Part shown: one piece after another, positions 10,031-17,919 of the stretch | Position numbering within the stretch: the first letter of the stretch is position 1 | Layout: the number at the start of each line of letters is the position of its first letter | Origin: a candidate division FCPU426 bacterium | GTDB taxonomy: Bacteria; Oederibacteriota; Muellerivitia; Muellerivitales; Muellerivitaceae | Reading direction: 5' to 3' | Assembly (NCBI GenBank): GCA_963771075.1 | Contig: CAVYSE010000023.1 | Span: 1 to 64,000, forward strand | DNA: 64,000 nucleotides | Made by a program: the position numbers and the translations under genes | The notes under the pieces: model-generated | Database searches by the model: none | The model's input: only the letters and a program-made list of their open reading frames with translations | Told to the model about the DNA's origin: nothing

Positions 10031-11458
10031 TTGAAAGTCACCAATACCCTCACTGGTAAAAAAGAAGAGCTGGTACCCATTTACCCGCCCCAGGTCAAAA
10101 TGTACGTTTGCGGCCCCACGGTTTATGACGACATCCATATTGGAAACGCACGTTCAGCGGTGAACTTTGATGTCATCCGCAAATACTTGGTTTACACCGG
10201 TTTTCAAGTCACTTACGTCATGAATATCACAGACATCGATGACAAAATTATCAAAAAGGCCATCGAGGGAAATAAGAATTACAAGGAAATTTCCGAAACC
10301 TATTCCCAGGCTTATTTGGAAATAATGGGGAAGTTGTGGGTTCAAAAACCGGATATTCAGCCCAAAGCCACTGACTATATAAATGAAATGATCGATCTAG
10401 TGTCCGGCTTGGTCGCGAAGGGCCATGCCTATCCCGTGCCTTCCACCGAATTGGGCCAGGATGTCCTTTATGACTCAAACACATTTAAGGCTTACGGCCG
10501 CCTCTCGGGTAAAAACCTGGAGGAGCTTATGGAAGGCGCGCGGGTGGATAAAAACGAGAGCAAGAAAAACCCCACCGACTTTGTGCTTTGGAAAGCAAGC
10601 AAGCCCGGGGAACCTCAATGGGACTCCCCTTGGGGCAAGGGAAGGCCCGGGTGGCATATCGAGTGCTCCGCCATGGTGCGCAAACATCTGGGAGATTCCA
10701 TCGATATCCATGGAGGGGGAGTGGACCTGATTTTTCCCCATCACGAAAATGAGATTGCTCAATGTGAGGCCTTTACTCAGAAACCCTACGTGAAATATTG
10801 GCTCCATAACGGTTTTATCGAGATCTCGGGCCAAAAGATGAGCAAGTCCCTCGGCAATATCTGGAAAGCCAAGGACGCCTTGGTCGAGTTCAAACCCGAG
10901 GTTTTGCGCTACTTTTTCCTGAGCGCCCATTACCGCAGCGGGTTGAATTATGACCGGGAAACGCTCGAAGCCTGCGGCAGGGGCTTAGACGAGTTCAACC
11001 AGACCTTCCAAAGGGTCCAAGAGGCCCTCTCCGCCTCGGATGGAGTGGACCCGCAGGATCTTTTGGGTTTGCGCCTGGCGGTGGATGAGGTGGAAGCCAA
11101 GTTCAAAGAAGCCATGGACGATGATTTCAATACGCCGCGGGCCATGGCGGTTTTATTTGATTTAGCCAGGGAAACGCGAAGAATTTTGAGCCAGTCATCC
11201 CACATGACAGCAGGGGCCAAAAGCCTCTTGGGGGAGGCGGCGGAAAAAATGAATCAATTGGGCGGATTATTGGGAATTGCCTCGAATCAAAAGTCTGAAA
11301 TTCCAGCCGAGGTGGAAGAACTGGCCCATCAGCGGGCTCAAATGAAGATGGAAAAACGCTTCAAAGAAGCGGATGAAATTCGCAACCGGGTTCTTCAAAT
11401 GGGGTTTTCGATTGAGGATGTCCAGGGCGGAAAATTCAGGATTCTAGTCAGGAAATAA
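10031..11458 (+). CDS. cysS: Cysteine--tRNA ligase (probable TTG start; ORF open from 9995)
   Basis: YVCGPTVY..HIGN, GRPGWHIECSAM, FPHHENE, KMSKSLGN. Confidence 0.97.
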   Translation: MKVTNTLTGKKEELVPIYPPQVKMYVCGPTVYDDIHIGNARSAVNFDVIRKYLVYTGFQVTYVMNITDIDDKIIKKAIEGNKNYKEISETYSQAYLEIMGKLWVQKPDIQPKATDYINEMIDLVSGLVAKGHAYPVPSTELGQDVLYDSNTFKAYGRLSGKNLEELMEGARVDKNESKKNPTDFVLWKASKPGEPQWDSPWGKGRPGWHIECSAMVRKHLGDSIDIHGGGVDLIFPHHENEIAQCEAFTQKPYVKYWLHNGFIEISGQKMSKSLGNIWKAKDALVEFKPEVLRYFFLSAHYRSGLNYDRETLEACGRGLDEFNQTFQRVQEALSASDGVDPQDLLGLRLAVDEVEAKFKEAMDDDFNTPRAMAVLFDLARETRRILSQSSHMTAGAKSLLGEAAEKMNQLGGLLGIASNQKSEIPAEVEELAHQRAQMKMEKRFKEADEIRNRVLQMGFSIEDVQGGKFRILVRK

Positions 11459-11487
11459 CCTAACCCTTTACGTAAAGCAGGTTCTCC

Positions 11488-12534
11488 GTGAGCGAAAAAA
11501 TCTACGGCCGCAATCCGGTATTGGAAGCCATCCGCTCGGGGAGCCGGGGCGTGAACCGTATTTTTCTTATGCAAGGTTCCCGGGATGGGGTTTTGAATCA
11601 AATAGAAGCCCATGCCAAGGCCAAGGGGATCCCCATCACCATTGAAACCCGTCACCGACTGGATACCCTCGCGGGTACGGATAAACACCAAGGCGTTCTT
11701 GCAGTCGTCGAAGACTTTCAATACGCATCCCTTCAAGATGTTTTGGATATCGCCAAAAAGAAAAACGAAAACCCCTTCCTCCTGTTACTGGATGAAATTG
11801 AAGACCCTCATAATCTCGGAGCTATCCTCCGGAGCGCCGACGCGGCCGGGGTCCATGGAGTGGTTATCCCCAAGAACCGGGCCGCCGAGGTGAATGCGAC
11901 GGTCGTCAAGGCATCGGCTGGTGCCGCCGAACACATCCCGACGGTCAAGGTGACCAACTTGAATGAAACCATCCGGGAATTGAAAGAAGGCAATGTTTGG
12001 GTAGTTGGAACGGATGGGGAAGCCTCAAAAAATTTCTACGAGTATGATTACAAAAGCCCTGTGGCCATTGTCATCGGGAACGAAGGCAGGGGGTTACGGC
12101 GGTTGGTTGCGGAAAACTGCGACGAGCTGGTGAAGATCCCCATGGCGGGCAAGATGTCCTCCTTGAACGCGTCGGTGGCGGCCGCCCTGCTACTCTTTGA
12201 GGTGATCCGCCAGCGTGATTGGGGGAAGGGGTTGGAGAATGGTGAAAAACCGGTGGTCGTGCCGCCGGCTTACGGATCTTTCCACAGTATTCCGGTGACC
12301 CTTCAGCCTGAAATTCCAACGCCGGCTTATGTTCCCCCCGAGCCACGGCCCACGATCGTGAGCAGTCCGCCTGATTTTTATTCCCCTCCCGAAAGGCAAT
12401 TTTTTCGTTCAGGCCCTGACCCGGTTACTGAAACGCCGGTTGAGGGGCCTTCTTCGGTCTTAGACCCGGACTCATCGTTGGAGGAGGGGGATGAAACACC
12501 CGGAAATGACAAGGGCGGCGGTTTCCGATGGTAA
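11488..12534 (+). CDS. rlmB: 23S rRNA Gm2251 methyltransferase with Pro/acidic C-terminal extension
   Basis: YGRNPVLEA, HQGV, DPHNLGAILRSA, GNEGRG, SLNASVA; follows cysS. Confidence 0.93.
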   Translation: MSEKIYGRNPVLEAIRSGSRGVNRIFLMQGSRDGVLNQIEAHAKAKGIPITIETRHRLDTLAGTDKHQGVLAVVEDFQYASLQDVLDIAKKKNENPFLLLLDEIEDPHNLGAILRSADAAGVHGVVIPKNRAAEVNATVVKASAGAAEHIPTVKVTNLNETIRELKEGNVWVVGTDGEASKNFYEYDYKSPVAIVIGNEGRGLRRLVAENCDELVKIPMAGKMSSLNASVAAALLLFEVIRQRDWGKGLENGEKPVVVPPAYGSFHSIPVTLQPEIPTPAYVPPEPRPTIVSSPPDFYSPPERQFFRSGPDPVTETPVEGPSSVLDPDSSLEEGDETPGNDKGGGFRW

Positions 12535-12548
12535 AATAACCCCGCGGG

Positions 12549-12577
12549 TTGACGGGGTTGGAAGTGGTTTTTATAAT
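12549..12577 (+). promoter_or_regulatory. sigma70-type promoter for tRNA-Thr(UGU)
   Basis: TTGACG-17bp-TATAAT. Confidence 0.8.
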
Positions 12578-12677
12578 TCGTTTCCCTTTTTAATTCTTAA
12601 CGAGAGAAATTCGACACCGGGCACCCAACCCTTTTTAGGTTGGGTACTCCCGTGCAGCTCTCGTCTAGTGGACTCGG

Positions 12678-12753
12678 GCTGGGGTAGCTCAGTTGGTAGA
12701 GCAGCCGCCTTGTAAGCGGCAGGTCGCCGGTCCGATTCCGGTCCCCAGCTCCA
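12678..12753 (+). tRNA. tRNA-Thr(UGU)
   Basis: Acceptor GCTGGGG/CCCCAGC, anticodon arm GCCGC-CT TGT AA-GCGGC, encoded CCA; T-loop TCCGATT. Confidence 0.95.
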
Positions 12754-12854
12754 TTTTTAACAGGCATGAAGCCGCCGCGCCCCAAAATTTTGGCGGTTTC
12801 CCGATGAGGCAGTACCGGACCATTCCGGGACGCGTTGCTCCTGAAAGGCAGGAC

Positions 12855-14549
12855 ATGGCCACCACCCTCGAGTTCAAGAACTGGCTGCGCGGCGTCAAAG
12901 ACAAAAAAAAGAACGAGATTACGAAGGTCCTGGGCGTCGAATACGCGCATCTCACGCTCGAGACGGGCGAACTCTACGTCACCTCCCACGGTTTACCCCT
13001 TTTGAGGCTATTGGATCCCTCCAATTACTGGCTGGACAAGGACTGGTTTGAGGGGCATTCCACACGGCTTTCCGGCACCAGTTCCGTTTACAAGATCAGG
13101 ACCAAGGAATCCGAGGGTCGGTCCAGGGATATCGTGATGAAATGGAACCGCATGGGACAGGACATTCCCGGCGCCGAGGAACTGGATATCCTGGAGGGGG
13201 CGGAGTTCAACAGCCCCTTCGAGGAATTCTCCCTTCTTTTCGAGTTGCGGCGCAATTTGTACCATTCCGGCCCCCGTGTCATGGTCCAGAAACCCCTTGC
13301 CATCTTCGTGGCCTCCGGGTCCGTGGACCTTTGGCAGAGCGGCCGTAAAGAATATAAGATGAAAAACAAACTTCGTTCCCACAATGAAGTGACCCTCGAT
13401 ATGCACCGGCTCTACGCAGTGATCTACGAATGGATCAAGGGCATCGACGCCCACCACGCGTTCCGGACCGGCCTCATCAGCCGGGAGAATATGAAGGGCC
13501 TGGCCCTGGACGCCCAGCAGGTGATGGAGAAAACCGGATACAAGGTCCGGGACAACAAACCGGACCATATCATCGTCCGGCCGAAGAAGGATCACACCCT
13601 TTTACACAACCGCCGGGGCGAGACCGTCTACGCCCTGGTGGATTTTGAGCTATTGGAACGCACCCTGACCCAGGAGGAGCAGGTTCGGCGGGAAAAGAGG
13701 CTCGAATACCTCAAACGTCAGCGGGATCGGTTCAAGGCGCCCGTATCGGACAGCCCCTATTCCCACCTGCATCCGGTAAACCACCTGGGGGTTGATTATA
13801 TTTACGGTAGGGTGGAGAGCGTGAAGGGGCGTCTCTGGGTGGTGGGGAAGGACCCGGTTCTTTACGACTACTTCCTGCCGGAACGCTGGCGCCACTTTCC
13901 CAAGACCAAGATCTCCGTCTACGGCGAGATGTACCACACGATCACCAAGGACGGCGTTCACCTCGTGTTGCAGGCTTCCCGGGTGGGGCAGCAGCCGGAC
14001 CTGGACCCTTTCCGCGAGGACGAACAGAAGATCCAGGCCCACGGATACAACAGCCCTTTTGAGGTGGTGTCCCTGGCGCTCGACCTCAATCTACGAGGCG
14101 TGGCCTGCATCTATCCGCGGGCCATCTACATGTCGGAAACCGAGGCGGGTATCTCGAGCACCGTGTTCGACGGATCGCGCTACCATAGCAATGAGGGTAT
14201 CACCACCCCGGACGGCGAGCCAATCCTCAAACCCAACCGGGATTACATCGTCATCTGGGGTTATTGGAACGGACCTGACGAGAAGCTGGCGGACCAGGAC
14301 GGGGATTATTACGAGGGCATTGACGCGTTGCGCGCGTACAAGGAGAATCTCATCGATAAGGACCTGTATTTCAACCTTTTGCGCCGGACCAAGGAAAAGT
14401 TGGCTTCCTTGGGGGTGGAGGACCTGAACCTCAGGGGTAACCATGTCATGGTCTCGAAGGATAGCCGGGGCCGCCTGGTCCAGGACGACCACGGTTTCCC
14501 CGAACTGCGGTTATGCAATTTCGAGTTTCTCAAGAAGATGAAACCCTAG
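12855..14549 (+). CDS. Uncharacterised 564-aa protein with two tandem protein-kinase-like repeats
   Basis: ATG 12855 after GAAAGGCAGG; internal duplication (LGVEY/LGVDY, NSPFEE/NSPFEV, GIDA/GIDA, DFE/NFE); repeat 1 has RDNKPDH and DFE motifs. Confidence 0.75.
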   Translation: MATTLEFKNWLRGVKDKKKNEITKVLGVEYAHLTLETGELYVTSHGLPLLRLLDPSNYWLDKDWFEGHSTRLSGTSSVYKIRTKESEGRSRDIVMKWNRMGQDIPGAEELDILEGAEFNSPFEEFSLLFELRRNLYHSGPRVMVQKPLAIFVASGSVDLWQSGRKEYKMKNKLRSHNEVTLDMHRLYAVIYEWIKGIDAHHAFRTGLISRENMKGLALDAQQVMEKTGYKVRDNKPDHIIVRPKKDHTLLHNRRGETVYALVDFELLERTLTQEEQVRREKRLEYLKRQRDRFKAPVSDSPYSHLHPVNHLGVDYIYGRVESVKGRLWVVGKDPVLYDYFLPERWRHFPKTKISVYGEMYHTITKDGVHLVLQASRVGQQPDLDPFREDEQKIQAHGYNSPFEVVSLALDLNLRGVACIYPRAIYMSETEAGISSTVFDGSRYHSNEGITTPDGEPILKPNRDYIVIWGYWNGPDEKLADQDGDYYEGIDALRAYKENLIDKDLYFNLLRRTKEKLASLGVEDLNLRGNHVMVSKDSRGRLVQDDHGFPELRLCNFEFLKKMKP

Positions 14550-14599
14550 GGTTATTGCTAGATCTTCTTTTGGAGGGGGTGTTCCTCCTTTCAATATAG

Positions 14600-14660
14600 T
14601 TCATATTCCCGAATCGAGTTGTCATTTCCAATATCCTTTGTCATTCCCAATATCCGTTGT
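14600..14660. repeat. 19-bp direct repeats upstream of pckG
   Basis: ttgtcatttccaatatcct (14619-14637), ttgtcattcccaatatccg (14638-14656), plus a degenerate copy at 14600-14618. Confidence 0.6.
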
Positions 14661-14708
14661 TAAACTCCACAACCAACCCAAAGATTTTTACCTCTTTATT
14701 GGAGGGTA

Positions 14709-16493
14709 ATGATGACGAACAACCGGAAATTGCTGGCATGGGTGGAGGAAGTCAAGGCCCTGTGCAAACCCGACCGTGTGGAATGGGCGAATGGTTCCCA
14801 AGAGGAGTATGATCGTCTTTTGAACGAGTTGGTTTCCTCGGGAAGCGCCATTCCTCTGAACTCCCGCAAGCGTCCCAATAGTTTCCTGTTCCGGTCCGAT
14901 CCTTCCGACGTGGCTCGTGTCGAGAGCCGTACCTACATCGCCTCCGTTCAAAAGGACGACGCAGGCCCTACCAACAATTGGATCAACCCCGTCGAGCTCA
15001 AAAAGACCATGCGGCAACTATACGATGGTTGCATGAAGGGCCGTACGTTGTATGTCATCCCCTTCTCCATGGGCCCCATCGGTTCCCCGATCTCAAAAAT
15101 AGGAGTTGAAATCACCGACTCGGCCTACGTGGTCGTGAACATGCATATCATGACGAGGGTGGGAGAAAAGGTTTTAGAGTCGTTGGGCGAGAACGGCGAG
15201 TTCGTCCCTTGCCTGCATTCCATCGGGTATCCCCTGTCTTCAGGGCAGGCCGACAAGGCCTGGCCTTGCGCACCCATCGAACAGAAATATATCGCGCATT
15301 TTCCAGAGGAAAACCTCATTTGGTCATACGGCTCCGGCTATGGCGGAAACGCGCTTCTGGGCAAAAAATGCTTGGCCCTGCGCATCGCATCGGTCCTTGC
15401 CCGGCGGGAGGGATGGTTGGCCGAACACATGCTTATCCTGCGCCTGACGAATCCGCAAGGGAGGCGTTTTCATATCGCCGCGGCCTTCCCCTCCGCCTGC
15501 GGCAAGACCAATCTGGCCATGCTGGTACCCACCATCCCAGGGTGGAAATGCGAGTGCCTTGGGGATGATATCGCCTGGATGAAAATCGGTACCGACGGAA
15601 AACTGTACGCGATCAATCCCGAAGCCGGATTCTTCGGCGTGGCGCCCGGCACCTCGATGAAATCGAATTCCATGGCCATGCGTACCATTGAGAAAAATAC
15701 CATCTTCACCAACTGCGCCCTGACTGACGAAGGGGACGTCTGGTGGGAGGGCATGGACGAAACCTGCGAGCATTCCATCGATTGGAAGGGTCGGGAATGG
15801 ACGACGGCATCCCCTGAACCGGCCGCGCACCCTAACGCCCGTTTTACCACTCCCGCCGCGCAATGTCCGGTCATTTGCCCCGATTGGGAGGACCCGGAGG
15901 GCGTCCCTATCGATATTTTCATATTCGGGGGCCGGCGTTCGACCACGGTGCCACTCGTACACCAAGCGTTTGATTTCGAGCATGGGGTTTATCTGGGCGC
16001 TTCGGCCTCCTCCGAAACCACTGCGGCGGCCCTGGACGTGGGGCAGAAACTGCGCCGCGACCCCTTTGCCATGACCCCTTTCATCGGATACCACGCGGGC
16101 GACTATATCCAGCATTGGTTCAACATGGGGGAACGGATGGGAAACAGGGCACCCGCTGTTTTCTACGTGAACTGGTTCCGGAAGAACCGGGAAGGCCGGT
16201 GGCTGTGGCCCGGATTCGGCGAGAACAGCCGTGTCCTGAAATGGATTTGTGAACGCGTGGAAGGAAAGGTCGGAGCGGTAGAGACACCCATCGGACTTAT
16301 GCCTAAAGAAGGCGATTTAGACCTGACCGGCCTTAAGATTTCTCGGGGGGATTACGAGGAGCTGATGACTGTCAATCGGGACGCTTTTAAGGCCGACCTG
16401 AAGGATGCGGATGCTTATTTTTCCCAATTTGGGAGCCGGATGCCCGAGAAAATGAAGAAACAATTATCGGCGGCTAAACAGCGGTTGGAATAA
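14709..16493 (+). CDS. pckG: Phosphoenolpyruvate carboxykinase (GTP)
   Basis: [63 protein letters not shown]. Confidence 0.97.
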   Translation: MMTNNRKLLAWVEEVKALCKPDRVEWANGSQEEYDRLLNELVSSGSAIPLNSRKRPNSFLFRSDPSDVARVESRTYIASVQKDDAGPTNNWINPVELKKTMRQLYDGCMKGRTLYVIPFSMGPIGSPISKIGVEITDSAYVVVNMHIMTRVGEKVLESLGENGEFVPCLHSIGYPLSSGQADKAWPCAPIEQKYIAHFPEENLIWSYGSGYGGNALLGKKCLALRIASVLARREGWLAEHMLILRLTNPQGRRFHIAAAFPSACGKTNLAMLVPTIPGWKCECLGDDIAWMKIGTDGKLYAINPEAGFFGVAPGTSMKSNSMAMRTIEKNTIFTNCALTDEGDVWWEGMDETCEHSIDWKGREWTTASPEPAAHPNARFTTPAAQCPVICPDWEDPEGVPIDIFIFGGRRSTTVPLVHQAFDFEHGVYLGASASSETTAAALDVGQKLRRDPFAMTPFIGYHAGDYIQHWFNMGERMGNRAPAVFYVNWFRKNREGRWLWPGFGENSRVLKWICERVEGKVGAVETPIGLMPKEGDLDLTGLKISRGDYEELMTVNRDAFKADLKDADAYFSQFGSRMPEKMKKQLSAAKQRLE

Positions 16494-16556
16494 GCGGTTT
16501 TCGTCCCGGCTTAAACGCGGTTCAAGATTTTACGCAAAGCATTGAAGTCTTATTCC

Positions 16557-17321
16557 CTATTTAATGGCGACGGGTTCTGGTTCTTGTGTTTCAGGGATTT
16601 CCAACAGTTGTTGCACGTATGGAATGACCTTGATGTCGGGCCTATCCAACTCCCTCCTAAGGTTTTGAAAGGTCGTCTCGGGCCATCCGCCCTGGAACCA
16701 GTTGACCAGCCAAGCCGCCAGGCCGCCTTTGGGATCGCAATGAATTTCCGCTTCCACATAGGTTTCGTCCGGGCATTCTTCCACCAATGTGAAAGTGCAG
16801 GTCATGACCCCTCTTTTGTAATTTTTCTTGACCGGAGCCAGGGGATCGTTCAACGGCGTGTATTTCACGGTGACGTGTCGATGAAGGGAATCGGTTTCAA
16901 CCGTGACAAGTGAAACAAAATCCCGATCGGAAACGAAGGCGTCAAATGGGAAGGGGATCCCCATGTGGTCATATTCGGAGAATTGAAATGGGCCCAAATT
17001 CCGCAGCACTTTCGATTCGACCAGGCTGTCGATCCATTCCGTTCCCCGCGTGGTATCGATGATGACGGAGGCGACCTTGGCGATGGGGGCTTCCACCATT
17101 CCTTCGCCTTTGAGGGCCATGATCTCCGTTCCAGGCACCTTGCTGGAATAAAGTCGGATTCCGTCCGAGTTGGAGGTTTGCTGCCATTGATAGGTTGATT
17201 CGGGTATGGCGGAAAGCTCGGTGACGGCCTCGGTGGCCTGGGTGGGAGATGGGGAAGCCGTTTGACACCAAACCGGTCCGGTGAGGACCCAAAGAGCCCA
17301 TATCCAGGTTGTTTTATTCAT
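16557..17321 (-). CDS. Secreted START-domain (lipid-binding) protein
   Basis: RBS AAGGGGG before MNKTT; signal peptide; DGIRLY, PFPF..SDRDFV, DPKGGLAAWLVN START motifs. Confidence 0.75.
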   Translation of the reverse strand: MNKTTWIWALWVLTGPVWCQTASPSPTQATEAVTELSAIPESTYQWQQTSNSDGIRLYSSKVPGTEIMALKGEGMVEAPIAKVASVIIDTTRGTEWIDSLVESKVLRNLGPFQFSEYDHMGIPFPFDAFVSDRDFVSLVTVETDSLHRHVTVKYTPLNDPLAPVKKNYKRGVMTCTFTLVEECPDETYVEAEIHCDPKGGLAAWLVNWFQGGWPETTFQNLRRELDRPDIKVIPYVQQLLEIPETQEPEPVAIK

Positions 17322-17385
17322 GATACCCCCTTTTGAATAGGGCATAAGATAACATCCTGGGTAAAATTCTTCCGCATAAAGTTGA

Positions 17386-17414
17386 TTGACATGAGTTCAA
17401 CCCTCATGGAAAAT
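17386..17414 (+). promoter_or_regulatory. sigma70-type promoter for tRNA-Tyr
   Basis: TTGACA-17bp-GAAAAT; CATGAG-N7-CTCATG palindrome across the spacer. Confidence 0.6.
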
Positions 17415-17446
17415 CATTCGCCCATACAAGCTTTTAAGACTTTTGT

Positions 17447-17533
17447 GGACAGGTGCCCGAGTGGTCAATGGGAGCAGACTGTAAATCTGCCGGCCGACGG
17501 CCTTCGAAGGTTCGAATCCTTCCCTGTCCACCA
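17447..17533 (+). tRNA. tRNA-Tyr(GUA)
   Basis: Acceptor GGACAGG/CCTGTCC, anticodon GCAGA-CT GTA AA-TCTGC, long variable arm, GGTTCGAATCC, CCA. Confidence 0.96.
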
Positions 17534-17627
17534 TTTATTTTATTTGTCCCTGAAGTTTTGGCGGTTCGATAACGCCTCTCCAACTGCCCAAGTGGAGGAT
17601 ATTGAAGTGCGGGTTGAGGTCTAGGTT

Positions 17628-17660
17628 AAAGGGTGGTCCCGGAAGGGGCTGCCCTTTTTT
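17628..17660 (+). terminator. Rho-independent terminator downstream of tRNA-Tyr
   Basis: aaagggtggtccc-ggaa-ggggctgccc-tttttt. Confidence 0.75.
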
Positions 17661-17789
17661 ATTTGCGGATTTTGAGGTTCGCTCCCTTTCCGCTTAGGAT
17701 GCGTCCGGGGGCGGAAAGGGAAATTGAGGGAGCGCTTCGAGTCGTACTTTACTTTTCGTATATAATATGGGATACATTTGGACAAATTT

Positions 17790-17864
17790 GCGGGAGTAAT
17801 TCAGTGGTAGAATGCCACCCTTCCAAGGTGGACGTCGCCGGTTCGAATCCGGTCTCCCGCTCCA
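17790..17864 (+). tRNA. tRNA-Gly(UCC)
   Basis: Acceptor GCGGGAG/CTCCCGC, anticodon CCACC-CT TCC AA-GGTGG, GGTTCGAATCC, CCA; TATAAT at 17761-17766 upstream. Confidence 0.96.
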
Positions 17865-17919
17865 TTTTTTTTGCGACACCTTCAATCCCCTTTCGAAACC
17901 CGACCCAAGGAATTCGTGA

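Noticed and set aside
12693..12854. N-terminal 54 aa of the 618-aa ORF in the track
   Set aside because: Overlaps tRNA-Thr(UGU); ATG 12855 has a purine-rich RBS and begins the repeat domain
14600..14660. Possible CRISPR array
   Set aside because: Repeats are directly adjacent with no spacers, only 2-3 units, and there are no cas genes in the window
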